A stretch of 64,000 bases of DNA from Bacteroidota bacterium (GTDB taxonomy: Bacteria; Chlamydiota; Chlamydiia; Chlamydiales; FEN-1388): positions 167,242-231,241 of the forward strand of contig JABDGV010000001.1 of NCBI GenBank assembly GCA_013285825.1. The letters run 5' to 3'. Within the stretch, counting starts at the first letter, position 1. Each line of letters begins with the position of its first letter. The notes below the pieces were generated by a model. That model was given only the letters and a program-made list of their open reading frames with translations. It ran no database searches and had not been told where the DNA came from. The translations under genes were made by a program, and so were the position numbers. This document shows positions 18,366 through 28,516 of the stretch, one piece after another.

Positions 18366-20728
18366 TCCCGAATTTCAGGCATATCATCGCCATATTTTTC
18401 AATATACTGCTTATGCTCGACAAGCTTGCCTTCAGCCATATCGCGCATGTAGGCCGCTATATTTTCAAGGCCAGGGACTCGTTCGACAACATCTATCATA
18501 AGGTGATAACGGTCGAGATCATTGAGCACAACCATGTCAAAGGGCGTCGTGGTTGTCCCCTCTTCTTTATATCCCCTCACATGCAGGTTTTTATGGCCTG
18601 TACGTCTGTAGGTCAGTCTGTGAATAAGCCATGGATAGCCATGGAAAGCAAACACAATCGGCTTATCCTTCGTGAAAAGCTCATCAAATTCAAGATTCGT
18701 CAATCCATGAGGATGTTCATCATGAGTCTGCAGAGTCATTAAATCGACAACGTTGATCACCCGAATTTTCAGCTGAGGAACGTGCTTGCGCAAAAGATCG
18801 ACGCAAGCAAGAGTTTCAAGCGTTGGAATATCGCCAGCACACGCCATGACAACATCGGGAGCAGAGCCGAAGTCATTGCTTGCCCACTTTAAAATGCCGA
18901 TGCCTCTAGTGCAGTGCTTGATGGCCTCTTCCATAGTGAAGTACTGCAACGCTGGCTGTTTTCCGGCGATGATAACGTTGACGTAGTTCTTACTTTGTAA
19001 GCAATGGTCGGCAACAGACAAAAGGGTGTTAGCATCTGGCGGCAAGTAGATGCGAATGACATCTGCTTTCTTGTTGACCACGTGATCGATAAAGCCCGGA
19101 TCTTGGTGCGAAAAGCCGTTATGGTCCTGCCTCCAGACATGGGAGGTTAAGAGATAATTCAAAGAGGCAATGGGCCGCCTCCAAGAGATATGGCTTGTCG
19201 CTTTCAACCACTTGGCATGCTGGTTAAACATCGAGTCGACAATATGAATAAAGGCTTCATAGCAGGAGAAAAAGCCATGGCGTCCTGTAAGAAGGTAGCC
19301 CTCAAGCCATCCTTGGCAGAGGTGCTCGCTTAATACCTCCATCACTCGTCCATCGGGAGCAAGATGATCATCAGTGGGAAGAATCTCGGCATCAAAGGTG
19401 CGGTTCGTTACTGAAAAGAGAGCATCAAGCCTGTTGGACGCTGTCTCATCAGGCCCCATGACTCTAAAGTTTTTTGTGTCCATATTGAGCTTCATGATGT
19501 CGCGCAAGAAGGTTCCAAGCACTTTGGTAGCTTCTGCGATATCAACACCTACCTTCGTCACAGGCACAGCATAATCTCTAAAATCGGGCATACGGAGATC
19601 TTTAAGCAATACGCCGCCGTTAGCATGAGGATTTGCCCCCATTCGTCGATGGCCCTTTGGAGCTAGCTCTTGTAAATCTTTGCGGAGTGTTCCGTTTTGA
19701 TCGAAGAGCTCTTCTGGTTTATAGCTCTTCATCCACACTTCTAAATCTTTGACTCGTTCGGGATGAACTTTGAAATCAGAGAAGGGAACCTGGTGGGAGC
19801 GCCAAGAGCCCTCAATTTGTTTACCATCAATCTCTTGAGGTCCCGTCCACCCTTTTGGGGTTTCCATAATTATCATAGGCCAGCGTGGGCGTGTTGAGTC
19901 GTTGCGTACGCGGGCATTGCGCTGAATCTCTTTAATCTCCTCCATGACCACATCCATCGTCTCGGCCATCTGCCGATGGATATTCTCAGGCTCTCGCCCT
20001 GAAACAAAGTAGGGTTTATAGCCATAGCCTGTGAAGAGATCGACAAGCTCTTCGTGCGGGATGCGTGCAAGAACGGAAGGGTTTGCAATCTTATAGCCGT
20101 TCAAATGGAGAATGGGCAAGACGGCCCCATCGGTTATAGGATCTAGAAACTTATTGGAGTGCCAGCTTGTAGCACAAGGCCCCGTCTCAGCTTCCCCATC
20201 ACCGACGACGCAGCAGGCAATGAGATCGGGATTATCGAAGACAGCGCCATAACCATGCGCCAAGACATAGCCAAGCTCTCCACCTTCATGGATGGAGCCT
20301 GGAGTTTCTGGAGCTGCATGGCTCGGAATTCCACCTGGAAATGAAAACTGCTTAAAGAGTCTCTGCATGCCTTCGGCATCTTCAGTAATATCGGGATAGA
20401 ATTTTGTGTAGGAGCCTTCAAGATACGTATTAGCAACAACAGCGGGACCCCCATGGCCAGGGCCCGCGAGAAAGATCATGTCTTGATCATATTCTTTGAT
20501 AATTCGATTCAGATGGACATAGATGAAGTTCAATCCTGGAGTTGTTCCCCAGTGGCCAAGAAGACGCGATTTAACATCGGCTAAAGTAATGGGCCGTTTT
20601 AATAAGGGATTATCCAGCAAATAAATCTGCCCGACTGAGAGGTAGTTCGCGGCTCTCCAATAAGCATCGATCTTCTTCAGCTCTTCAGGATTTAATGGCT
20701 TTTTTTGAACAGGCGTGAGGAGTTCCAT
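18347..20728 (-). CDS. xfp: xylulose-5-phosphate/fructose-6-phosphate phosphoketolase
   Basis: 793 aa with [48 protein letters not shown]: the XFP signature motifs and ThDP-binding site. Confidence 0.92.
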   Translation of the reverse strand: MELLTPVQKKPLNPEELKKIDAYWRAANYLSVGQIYLLDNPLLKRPITLADVKSRLLGHWGTTPGLNFIYVHLNRIIKEYDQDMIFLAGPGHGGPAVVANTYLEGSYTKFYPDITEDAEGMQRLFKQFSFPGGIPSHAAPETPGSIHEGGELGYVLAHGYGAVFDNPDLIACCVVGDGEAETGPCATSWHSNKFLDPITDGAVLPILHLNGYKIANPSVLARIPHEELVDLFTGYGYKPYFVSGREPENIHRQMAETMDVVMEEIKEIQRNARVRNDSTRPRWPMIIMETPKGWTGPQEIDGKQIEGSWRSHQVPFSDFKVHPERVKDLEVWMKSYKPEELFDQNGTLRKDLQELAPKGHRRMGANPHANGGVLLKDLRMPDFRDYAVPVTKVGVDIAEATKVLGTFLRDIMKLNMDTKNFRVMGPDETASNRLDALFSVTNRTFDAEILPTDDHLAPDGRVMEVLSEHLCQGWLEGYLLTGRHGFFSCYEAFIHIVDSMFNQHAKWLKATSHISWRRPIASLNYLLTSHVWRQDHNGFSHQDPGFIDHVVNKKADVIRIYLPPDANTLLSVADHCLQSKNYVNVIIAGKQPALQYFTMEEAIKHCTRGIGILKWASNDFGSAPDVVMACAGDIPTLETLACVDLLRKHVPQLKIRVINVVDLMTLQTHDEHPHGLTNLEFDELFTKDKPIVFAFHGYPWLIHRLTYRRTGHKNLHVRGYKEEGTTTTPFDMVVLNDLDRYHLMIDVVERVPGLENIAAYMRDMAEGKLVEHKQYIEKYGDDMPEIRDWKWPY

Positions 20729-20854
20729 GAAAGCACCCTATTGCTACTTACTTCCCGTATGAATTAAAAGAATAAATTAACGCAAGTGATGGAACTTCTC
20801 TGTTTAAGCTTAAAGTGAACTCAGAGTATGCTTCTATTCAAACGAAAATAAACT

Positions 20855-22438
20855 ATGATTACCTTAGACAATGTCTCGAAATCGGTGGGAAGCCGAACAC
20901 TTTTTGAACGCGTTTCAGTGACCTTTTCTCCTGGCCGCCGATACGGTTTAACAGGACCCAATGGCGCTGGAAAATCGACCCTTCTTAAAATGGTTATGGG
21001 AGATGAGGAGCCAACATCGGGCACCATTTCCAGACCTCAGCGTGTCGGTATTTTACGTCAGAACACCCATACCTATGAAAAAGAGCGTGTTCTTGATGTC
21101 GTCATCATGGGCAATACCGCTCTTTGGGGAGCGCTCCAAGAGCGAGACCATCTCTATGGCTTGGAGATGGATGATGAGATTGGGCTGCGTCTTGGCGAAG
21201 TCGAAGGTATTATCGCCGAAGAAGATGGCTATTCGGCGGACTCTAATGCCGAAGTGCTCTTAACTGGTATCGGTGTTCCCGAAGAGTACTTCCAGCAAAA
21301 ATTGGGCGAAATTCCTCAGGATATGCAGTTTCGAGTTCTCTTGTGCCAAGCTCTTTTCGGAAATCCTGAAGCGCTCCTCCTCGATGAACCGACCAACCAC
21401 CTCGATATGCAATCTATTGGCTGGCTGGAACGATTCTTAGAGAACTACAAGGGAACCATGGTCGTGGTCTCCCACGATAGGCACTTCCTTAACGCCATAA
21501 CCACCCATATCGCCGATATCGACTATGAAACCGTTATCGTCTATCCAGGTAACTACGACGAGATGATCGTTGCAAAATCCTCCGTTCGCCAGCGGACAGA
21601 AAGCGAGAATAAGTCAAAAGAGAAGAAGATTGCACAGCTTCAAGAATTCGTCGCCAAGTTTGGCTCCGGAACCCGTGCAAGCCAAGCGCAATCTAGGTTG
21701 AAAGAGATCGATAAGCTGCAGCCGCAGGAATTGAAGCAGTCCAATATCCAGAGGCCCTATATCCGCTTTATCCCATCCGACAAACAGCCTGGAGTCATCG
21801 TCCTTAAGGTACAGCATATTTCCAAGTCGTATGGGGACCAAAAGGTCATCAACGATTTCTCGATGGAGATTCATCGTGGAGACAAGATCGGAATCATCGG
21901 AAATAACGGCCAGGGCAAGACAACGCTTATCAAGATGCTTGCAGGAGTTATGGAACCAGATGCAGGTAAACTTGAACCTGGCCACAACGTCTTAACAGGC
22001 TATTTTCCTCAAAACCACACAGATGCTATCGATAAAAGCTCTACTAAAAACCTATTCGACTGGCTGAAAGAGCAAAAATTGGGTGTCTATGACCAAGAGG
22101 CGAGAAGCGTTCTCGGCAAAATGCTCTTTGGCGGCGAAGACGCTTTCAAAAAAATCTGCAACCTTTCTGGCGGAGAGACTGCTCGCTTGCTTATGGGCGG
22201 CATGATTTTACAAGACCACAACGTTCTCTTCCTCGATGAGCCGAACAACCACTTAGACCTCGAAGCCGTCTCAGCCCTCGGCTGGGCGCTCCATGAATAC
22301 AAGGGCACTGCAGTCGTTGTCAGCCATGATAGAGACCTGCTTAACCGCTTTGCCAAGAAGATCATCACCTTTGAAGATGGCAAAATCCATATCTTCGATG
22401 GACCATTGGAAGAGTATTTCAAGACCAAGAAGAAATGA
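20855..22438 (+). CDS. ABC-F family ATPase (two ABC domains, no TM domain)
   Basis: GPNGAGKSTLLK ... LLLDEPTNHLD ... GNNGQGKTTLIK ... LSGGE ... LFLDEPNNHLD, with a charged inter-domain linker. Confidence 0.9.
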   Translation: MITLDNVSKSVGSRTLFERVSVTFSPGRRYGLTGPNGAGKSTLLKMVMGDEEPTSGTISRPQRVGILRQNTHTYEKERVLDVVIMGNTALWGALQERDHLYGLEMDDEIGLRLGEVEGIIAEEDGYSADSNAEVLLTGIGVPEEYFQQKLGEIPQDMQFRVLLCQALFGNPEALLLDEPTNHLDMQSIGWLERFLENYKGTMVVVSHDRHFLNAITTHIADIDYETVIVYPGNYDEMIVAKSSVRQRTESENKSKEKKIAQLQEFVAKFGSGTRASQAQSRLKEIDKLQPQELKQSNIQRPYIRFIPSDKQPGVIVLKVQHISKSYGDQKVINDFSMEIHRGDKIGIIGNNGQGKTTLIKMLAGVMEPDAGKLEPGHNVLTGYFPQNHTDAIDKSSTKNLFDWLKEQKLGVYDQEARSVLGKMLFGGEDAFKKICNLSGGETARLLMGGMILQDHNVLFLDEPNNHLDLEAVSALGWALHEYKGTAVVVSHDRDLLNRFAKKIITFEDGKIHIFDGPLEEYFKTKKK

Positions 22439-23139
22439 AAAGACACTTTTCTTTCCATGAGAAGTCCTTTCAAGCCCTTTCCCTCAAGCAGCAGCACAAA
22501 AAGTGTGCCGAGCTGCTTGAGGAGCTCTTCCAAAACCCATCCAACGCACAGCTCATTGAAGAATATCTCAAATGGAGAAGCTGGCTGGGGCTTGCAAACG
22601 TCTCTTTATCTACCCCTGAACAGATCGCCGATTGCTTCCATGAGCATGCAGGCATCGACGGTCCGATACTTAAAGTAACCCAAAATGATCGAGCAGACGC
22701 TGAAGAGTGGCTCTCCTATACAACGTTTCTCGACCGTCCTCGATCCCTCCATAATATCGGAAGCATAATTCGAACAATTGAAGCGTTTCGATTAGGGCCG
22801 CTCGTATTATCTGAAGACTCCTACCAAATAGACCAGCAGCGTCTCAAAAAAAGCGCTATGGGAGCTGAAAAGGAAGTTTCATTTACCTACAAAGCCCTAC
22901 AAATGCTTCCTCGGCCTCTGATCGCTCTTGAAACTGTTGAATCTGCTATCCCCTATTCATCGTTTGCTTTCCCCAAATCGGGAACACTTATACTTGGCAA
23001 TGAAGAGACAGGAATCCGAAAAGAGTATTTAGAAGAAGCAGACTTTATTATTACTATCCCGATGAGGGGTAAAAAAAATTCGCTGAATATAGCTAACGCA
23101 TTTGCTATCATTGCAGCTTCAATTACAAGGCCCATATGA
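22435..23139 (+). CDS. SpoU/TrmH-family RNA 2'-O-methyltransferase with unknown N-terminal domain
   Basis: C-terminal SPOUT motifs LILGNEETGI and IPMRGKKNSLNIANAFAI. ATGA overlaps with both neighbours. Confidence 0.7.
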   Translation: MKRHFSFHEKSFQALSLKQQHKKCAELLEELFQNPSNAQLIEEYLKWRSWLGLANVSLSTPEQIADCFHEHAGIDGPILKVTQNDRADAEEWLSYTTFLDRPRSLHNIGSIIRTIEAFRLGPLVLSEDSYQIDQQRLKKSAMGAEKEVSFTYKALQMLPRPLIALETVESAIPYSSFAFPKSGTLILGNEETGIRKEYLEEADFIITIPMRGKKNSLNIANAFAIIAASITRPI

Positions 23140-23816
23140 TTAAACCCTCTGAAGAAAAGCTGCACCTGAAAGCCGCCACCACTCGCTTTCCAACTCCCAT
23201 TCTTCCCACCCATCTTTCGGACGAAGAAAAAGTTGAGGCCATCTCCCAACATTTTAAAGAGATCATGACCTTGCTTGGACTCGACCTTTCCGATCCATCG
23301 CTTCAAAAGACTCCTGAGCGAGTTGCAAATATGTATGTTCGGGAAGTTTTCCAAGGGATTTCACTTGATGCATTTCCTGCCATTTCATTCTTTAATGAAG
23401 AGATGTCCAAAACAGAGTATCAGGGCGTTGTGGTTACCAAATGCGGTTTTACAAGCTTTTGTGAACATCACTTTGTGCCGATGATTGGGGCGGCGTATAT
23501 TGGGTATATTCCACATGGCAAAGTCATTGGACTTTCAAAAATTTCTCGCATCGTCCGCTATTTTGCAGCAAGACCGCAGCTGCAAGAGCGTCTTTCAGCA
23601 CAGATTGCCGACTGCCTTGGAACACTTCTCGGTCATGAAGATATCGCTGTCTCAATTCAAGCGCAGCACACCTGTGTCATCGCACGCGGAACCAAAGATG
23701 AGAGCGGATTTACAACTACTGCATATTTAAGAGGTGCCTTCCTCAATAATTCTGAGATGAAACGTGACTTCTACACACTCATCGACCAGATGATCGAGCA
23801 AGAAAAGAAAAAGTAA
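23136..23816 (+). CDS. folE: GTP cyclohydrolase I
   Basis: TPERVANMY, FTSFCEHHFVPM, GLSKISRIVRYFAARPQLQERL, QHTCV. Confidence 0.9.
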   Translation: MIKPSEEKLHLKAATTRFPTPILPTHLSDEEKVEAISQHFKEIMTLLGLDLSDPSLQKTPERVANMYVREVFQGISLDAFPAISFFNEEMSKTEYQGVVVTKCGFTSFCEHHFVPMIGAAYIGYIPHGKVIGLSKISRIVRYFAARPQLQERLSAQIADCLGTLLGHEDIAVSIQAQHTCVIARGTKDESGFTTTAYLRGAFLNNSEMKRDFYTLIDQMIEQEKKK

Positions 23817-23856
23817 ATTTGGCTTGGTTCAAATGAAAGTAACACTCTTGTAAAAA

Positions 23857-23963
23857 TTCAACGCAAAGACGCAATGACGCGAAGGCGCAAAGAAAACAAC
23901 TCATCAAATCCTTAAGAATTAAATTTTTCTATTCTCTTTGCGTCTTAGCGTCTTTGCGTTGAT
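23857..23963. repeat. Imperfect palindrome, family 1 (longest copy), between convergent stops
   Basis: TTCAACGCAAAGACGCAATGACGCGAAGGCGCAAAGAAAACAAC ... TTCTCTTTGCGTCTTAGCGTCTTTGCGTTGA. It sits between the folE stop (23816) and the methyltransferase stop (24013). Confidence 0.75.
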
Positions 23964-24012
23964 TTTTTAAAGTGTAACGGAAAATTAGTTGTTGTTGAAC
24001 CGCACCAATAAA

Positions 24013-24852
24013 TTATAGCTTTTCAACCACCACAACAAGCCCAGGCTCTACTTTTGAAGCGTCCTTCATTTTTATAGGCACAAGCTTCTCCGTAAAGTTG
24101 ATGGCTGGATTGGTGATAAAGTTCTGGAAAAATTGAGGATCTTCATACTTGGATGTTGCGTCAATCAAGAAGCAGGAAATGCGTCCACCTTTATTGACAT
24201 GGCTCTTCAGGCACTCTTGAATAAAGAGGAAGAGACTCGCCGCATGCTTTTTAAAATCAAACGAGGCGATCTTTGCATCCTCTTTCTTGATTTTATACTT
24301 CTGTAAGATGTGCTCATACTGCTTATCAGTAATATTTCCACGACGCTTCATGCCGCTAAAGAAGCGTGCAAACTCATCCTTGTGAGTTTTAAGCATCTTG
24401 TCGCAAAATTCATCAATCTCGTTATCCGAATAGTGTATCTTAGCCAGCGCAAGCTCGCCTTCAATTTCTGAAACTACCTCCTGAGCCGATCTTGAAGCAA
24501 GAGTTGCCGCTTCCCGATTAAGCCAGAGCATTGCTCCAATCTCATTCTCAAAGGAATTTTCATTAAAGAAAATGGCATCAAACGTCTTAAGCTTTGCAAG
24601 CGCCTTCTGCCAAGGCTCTTCAACAACTGTAACTCCAGGGTGGCTTTTGGCCCACTTTCTCGCCTTTTCAGCAAGGTCTCTATCTGGTTCGATAATGATA
24701 TGGCTCTTCGGCTTACAGTTTTGAATATGAGCGGCAGCAATCCCTCTCCCATATCCTACCTCTAAAACATCGCCTGCTGGACGAAGCTCGTCGATAATAG
24801 CCTTTACATAACCCCTGCACCAGGAAAGGACATTCTCATCAGCGCATCCCAT
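24013..24852 (-). CDS. GAMT/Rmt2-like (guanidino-group) SAM-dependent methyltransferase with an insertion of about 100 aa
   Basis: VLEVGYGRGIAAAHIQ..SHIIIEPDRDLAEKARKWA...VTVVEEPWQKALAKLKTFDAIFFN parallels the guanidinoacetate N-methyltransferase core (VLEVGFGMAIAA..HWIIE...W..FDGILYD). The start at 24852 (MGCADE...) lies 1 nt after the upstream stop. Confidence 0.6.
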   Translation of the reverse strand: MGCADENVLSWCRGYVKAIIDELRPAGDVLEVGYGRGIAAAHIQNCKPKSHIIIEPDRDLAEKARKWAKSHPGVTVVEEPWQKALAKLKTFDAIFFNENSFENEIGAMLWLNREAATLASRSAQEVVSEIEGELALAKIHYSDNEIDEFCDKMLKTHKDEFARFFSGMKRRGNITDKQYEHILQKYKIKKEDAKIASFDFKKHAASLFLFIQECLKSHVNKGGRISCFLIDATSKYEDPQFFQNFITNPAINFTEKLVPIKMKDASKVEPGLVVVVEKL

Positions 24853-24853
24853 T

Positions 24854-25813
24854 TTAGCTCTCCTCATATGTCTGCATAAGCTCTGCAAACTGTTTCTTTA
24901 AACTGCCGTTTGCTTTCTTCGGGTTTAGGAAAAGTTTAAACACATAGGAAACTCTTCCCGCCTTCACACCCGGTGGAATCTGTGACTTTTCAATCCCATG
25001 CACGATATCGCCTTCAAACAGCACAAAACGCATGTGCCGGCATTCAGCTTTGGCTTCTACTTTTCCATTCTTCGTACAAAAAACTGTACCCATGCCATAC
25101 GATTCGGCATGAAAATCTCTGTCTGTAGTGTACAGCATAAGAGAAACAAGCCACGGCTTTCCCTCTGACCCGTTGACAAATTTGTTGGGATGAAGCTCTT
25201 TCATCTCAGAATAGAGCGTCGGCAAGCCAAAAGCTATTCCCTTCTCGGTATTATAGTCTTCATGCTTACCCAGCTCCATGCTCTCGCTTGAAATGGAATC
25301 TACTTTATTCGTCGCAACAGATGGGGAGCAAATTTTGCCATCGAAGAGTTCCCAAGGAAGTGTTGCCACATCAGCATCGAGGCGGTAGGCGATCATATTA
25401 AAAAATTTATAGAGCTCCTTCATCGCTTGAGGAGGGCTCGATAAGAGTTTCCATTTTTCCTTATTGTCCATTGCGCGGGCAGGCACTTCACCCTGCTCTT
25501 TACTGCCCTGGTCTGCATAAATGCTCTTTGTAAAATCTACAGTCTCAGAAAAGGTGCGCATCTCATCTGCTTCACTCTCTAGAAAAAAGTCATCGATAAT
25601 ATAAATATCTTTGCCCTCAATGGAAATCCTCTGAATCTGGCAATCGCGAAGGCGAACATCGGGGGATTCAAAGGGAGCGGGCTCAAAATGAAAAACAAGA
25701 GGAATAGTTCGTGGATTCTTATAATCTTCTTTTGTGACAACGGCGCTATCTTTTCTGATCTTAGGAATTTCAGATGTTTGAAGCATCTTCTTGAGATCTT
25801 TGTGATTCGTCAC
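24854..25813 (-). CDS. 2-oxoglutarate/Fe(II)-dependent oxygenase superfamily (P4H-like)
   Basis: IYIIDDFFLESEADEM (P4H-type start), HEDY (HxD), WLVSLMLYTTD, GMGTVF, RFVLFEGDIVHGIE (distal His), GRVSYVF (Arg). Confidence 0.55.
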   Translation of the reverse strand: MTNHKDLKKMLQTSEIPKIRKDSAVVTKEDYKNPRTIPLVFHFEPAPFESPDVRLRDCQIQRISIEGKDIYIIDDFFLESEADEMRTFSETVDFTKSIYADQGSKEQGEVPARAMDNKEKWKLLSSPPQAMKELYKFFNMIAYRLDADVATLPWELFDGKICSPSVATNKVDSISSESMELGKHEDYNTEKGIAFGLPTLYSEMKELHPNKFVNGSEGKPWLVSLMLYTTDRDFHAESYGMGTVFCTKNGKVEAKAECRHMRFVLFEGDIVHGIEKSQIPPGVKAGRVSYVFKLFLNPKKANGSLKKQFAELMQTYEES

Positions 25814-25868
25814 AAAAGCACCTTATTACTAAATCTCAGTCATAACCCCATTTGACTGTTTTAATCGA

Positions 25869-26999
25869 TCATTTTTCTTCTAGCGTAAATACTGCAGCAA
25901 AGAAGCCATCCATTTGGCCAGGCGTCGGTAGGCATTTGAAGGGAGTAGATACTGCTTTCAATCCCAACGTTTTACAGAAATACTCTACTTGGCTCTCGTT
26001 TTCTTGAGGAAGGATGCTGCAAGTTGCATAGACTATTGAACCAGAGGGTTTCAGATAGGGAACAGCCTCTTGCATCACCTGCCGCTGCAGCTGAATCTGT
26101 TCCTGCAAAAAGCTCTCTGAAAATCGCCACTTCATATCGGGATTTCGGCGAAGAGTTCCGGTTCCCGTACAGGGAGCATCAACAAAGACCCAATCCATCC
26201 TGCCCTTCAAGATCTTCTTTTTACGTGCATCATCAGGAAGAAGGGCTTGAGCATTTTGAATGCCAGCGCGATTGAGCCGTTTTTTAGCATTTGCAAGCGC
26301 CTCTGCGCGAATGTCGTGAAGATATATCTGCCCCTTCCCTTCAAGCTTATGGGCAAAAGCTAAAGCTTTTCCGCCAGATCCTGCGCAGTAATCGAGCACC
26401 TCATCGCCTTTTTTCGCTTGAACGAGTTCGGCTAAGAGTTGAGAGCCCTCATCCTGCATCTCAAAAAAACCTTCTGCAAATTCGGGGAGTTGGAAAAGCT
26501 GCGCCCGCTTCTGCAACACAATCCCGAATGGAGAAACAGCTGTTGGAGCTGCCTCAAGCCCATGCCCTTTCAATTTTGCGATCAGCTCATCTCGGCTGCA
26601 TTTTGAAGGGTTGCAGCGAAGCGTTGTTGGAGCCTCTTCGTTGCTGTTAAGAGCGATTTCAATAGCTTTTTCTCGCCCATACGCCTTCTCCATGAGATCA
26701 AAAAGAACCTTAGGAAAACTGACACGATCATGCAGAGGGATATCTTCTCGGGTCAGATACTCTTTCGGATTGAAGGAATCCAAATCAGATGGGCTCACTA
26801 TTTTTAATAGAGCCTGCCAGCGAACGGCTTGATACGCTTTTTTACCGATATCGGCTCGATCTTTTGATCCCAGCGAGGGATGATGGCGGAAGTAGTTGGA
26901 TAAGAACATATCAAAGGGACCACGATTGACATCGAATGTGGTCAAAATCTCTTTAAGGTGGTGCTCGCGAAAGCGCGCAGATTGGCTGTTTGTATTCAT
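25869..26999 (-). CDS. RsmB/NOL1/NOP2/Sun-family rRNA cytosine-C5 methyltransferase
   Basis: VLDYCAGSGGK, DAPCTGTGTLRRNPD, YATCS. Confidence 0.8.
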   Translation of the reverse strand: MNTNSQSARFREHHLKEILTTFDVNRGPFDMFLSNYFRHHPSLGSKDRADIGKKAYQAVRWQALLKIVSPSDLDSFNPKEYLTREDIPLHDRVSFPKVLFDLMEKAYGREKAIEIALNSNEEAPTTLRCNPSKCSRDELIAKLKGHGLEAAPTAVSPFGIVLQKRAQLFQLPEFAEGFFEMQDEGSQLLAELVQAKKGDEVLDYCAGSGGKALAFAHKLEGKGQIYLHDIRAEALANAKKRLNRAGIQNAQALLPDDARKKKILKGRMDWVFVDAPCTGTGTLRRNPDMKWRFSESFLQEQIQLQRQVMQEAVPYLKPSGSIVYATCSILPQENESQVEYFCKTLGLKAVSTPFKCLPTPGQMDGFFAAVFTLEEK

Positions 27000-27040
27000 A
27001 ATTTTTGATATAGTCTACCTTAAATAGGCACTATTTATAT

Positions 27041-28516
27041 ATGTGGATTTCAGCGCTTCTCATCGGACTTGGCATTCCCTCAATCTCCAAAGCTCTTGCG
27101 CTCATCGCTTCCCTCTTTGGACTTGTGCCGCTCATCCTCTCAAACAAATCCTATCCCATTAAAACTCGTTTTTTTCGAGCAGCCATTTGCTTCACGATTG
27201 CCTATGCAATTCAGCTTTTCTGGTTCCTCTCACACCCATTTCTCTATATATACCCAGCATGGATGCTCCTCAGCCTCTCTTTAGGCATCCAGATGGCAAT
27301 CCCTATCTCTCTTTTATCTGTTGAGAGGCTCAAGTCATACGGCTTTTGCGCCCTTGCAGCCCTTCTTGCAGTCATTATTGAATATCTAAGGCTTTATTTC
27401 TTTTGCGGCTATAGCCTCTATCCATTGGGAATAAGCCTTGCAGGTTTTACCCCCTCCCGATTAAGCCTTATCTACCTCGGAACGGGCGGCTTAACCTTCA
27501 TTGTCGTCTTCAGTCAAGCACTCTTAGCCCGATGGAAAATCAGTAAATCGGGCCTTGGTCTATTTTTTATGGTAGCCTTTCTTCCCTATTTTGGAGGGCT
27601 TTTGGCCCCTCATCCCAAAGAGGCAGGATCCATCTCTGTCGGCATCATCGACACCAATGAAATGCCCGAAATAGTTGAGAAAGCTGCTCCCCTCATCAAG
27701 ACTGCTCAAGAGAATATGCAGCGACTTGAAACCCTAAGCCAAAAGGCCGCAAAGGAACAGATCTCCCTCATCCTCGTTCCAGAAATATATGTCCCCTTTT
27801 CACCTTTAGCGCTGATCTATTCAGGTAATACCAAATGCGCTCTTGACGTTGCGAATGAGATCGTTCGAAGTACGAATACCACCTTGATCATGGGCCTTGA
27901 AGGACGCGATCAAAAAAACTATTACAACTCTGCCTACCTTATCTCCCCAGAGAGTGATCGCCTTTTAAGGTATGACAAACAGGTCTTGGTCCCTCTTGGC
28001 GAATATATTCCTTTCAAATTTCTAGAGCCGCTCTTGTATGTTTATGGCATTACCGGCGCTTTCACGCATGGGCAAGAACCCATTCTCTTTCCCTATAAGC
28101 AGTATACGATCGCCCCTTCCATCTGCTATGAAGAGACCTTTCCCAACATCATCATTAAGCAAAAAAGGATGGGAGCTGATCTGCTCGTCAACCTCTCAAA
28201 CGACAACTGGTTTCCCTCATCGCGCTTAAAGGAAGACCACTTTGAACATGCACGGCTGGTTTCAACTGCGCTTGGCTGTCCCCTCGTTCGTGCAACCAAT
28301 ATGGGCTTTAGCTCAGCTGTGGATGTCAATGGCAATTTGATCCCCATGAAAGAGATAGCAAAAATTGAAGAGACGCGGCTGCTTTCAGCCCTTGTCCCGA
28401 TTCAGACTAGAACAACACCTTTTCAACGAATAGGAATAGAGGGTGCTATAGGAATATTGGCACTCTTTACTTTAGCTCTGAGTTTGAAGCGATCGCCATG
28501 TAGCAAGAAGCTCTAA
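27041..28516 (+). CDS. lnt: apolipoprotein N-acyltransferase
   Basis: Multi-TM N-terminal half plus a CN-hydrolase domain (LILVPE, PSICYEETFP, NLSNDNWF). Confidence 0.85.
   Translation: MWISALLIGLGIPSISKALALIASLFGLVPLILSNKSYPIKTRFFRAAICFTIAYAIQLFWFLSHPFLYIYPAWMLLSLSLGIQMAIPISLLSVERLKSYGFCALAALLAVIIEYLRLYFFCGYSLYPLGISLAGFTPSRLSLIYLGTGGLTFIVVFSQALLARWKISKSGLGLFFMVAFLPYFGGLLAPHPKEAGSISVGIIDTNEMPEIVEKAAPLIKTAQENMQRLETLSQKAAKEQISLILVPEIYVPFSPLALIYSGNTKCALDVANEIVRSTNTTLIMGLEGRDQKNYYNSAYLISPESDRLLRYDKQVLVPLGEYIPFKFLEPLLYVYGITGAFTHGQEPILFPYKQYTIAPSICYEETFPNIIIKQKRMGADLLVNLSNDNWFPSSRLKEDHFEHARLVSTALGCPLVRATNMGFSSAVDVNGNLIPMKEIAKIEETRLLSALVPIQTRTTPFQRIGIEGAIGILALFTLALSLKRSPCSKKL

Noticed and set aside
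18292-20454. Multiple 60-140-aa ORFs antisense to or out of frame within xfp (for example 18314-18742, 18889-19140, 20143-20454)
   Set aside because: They are embedded entirely in a 793-aa gene with end-to-end phosphoketolase motifs. They are typical shadow ORFs.
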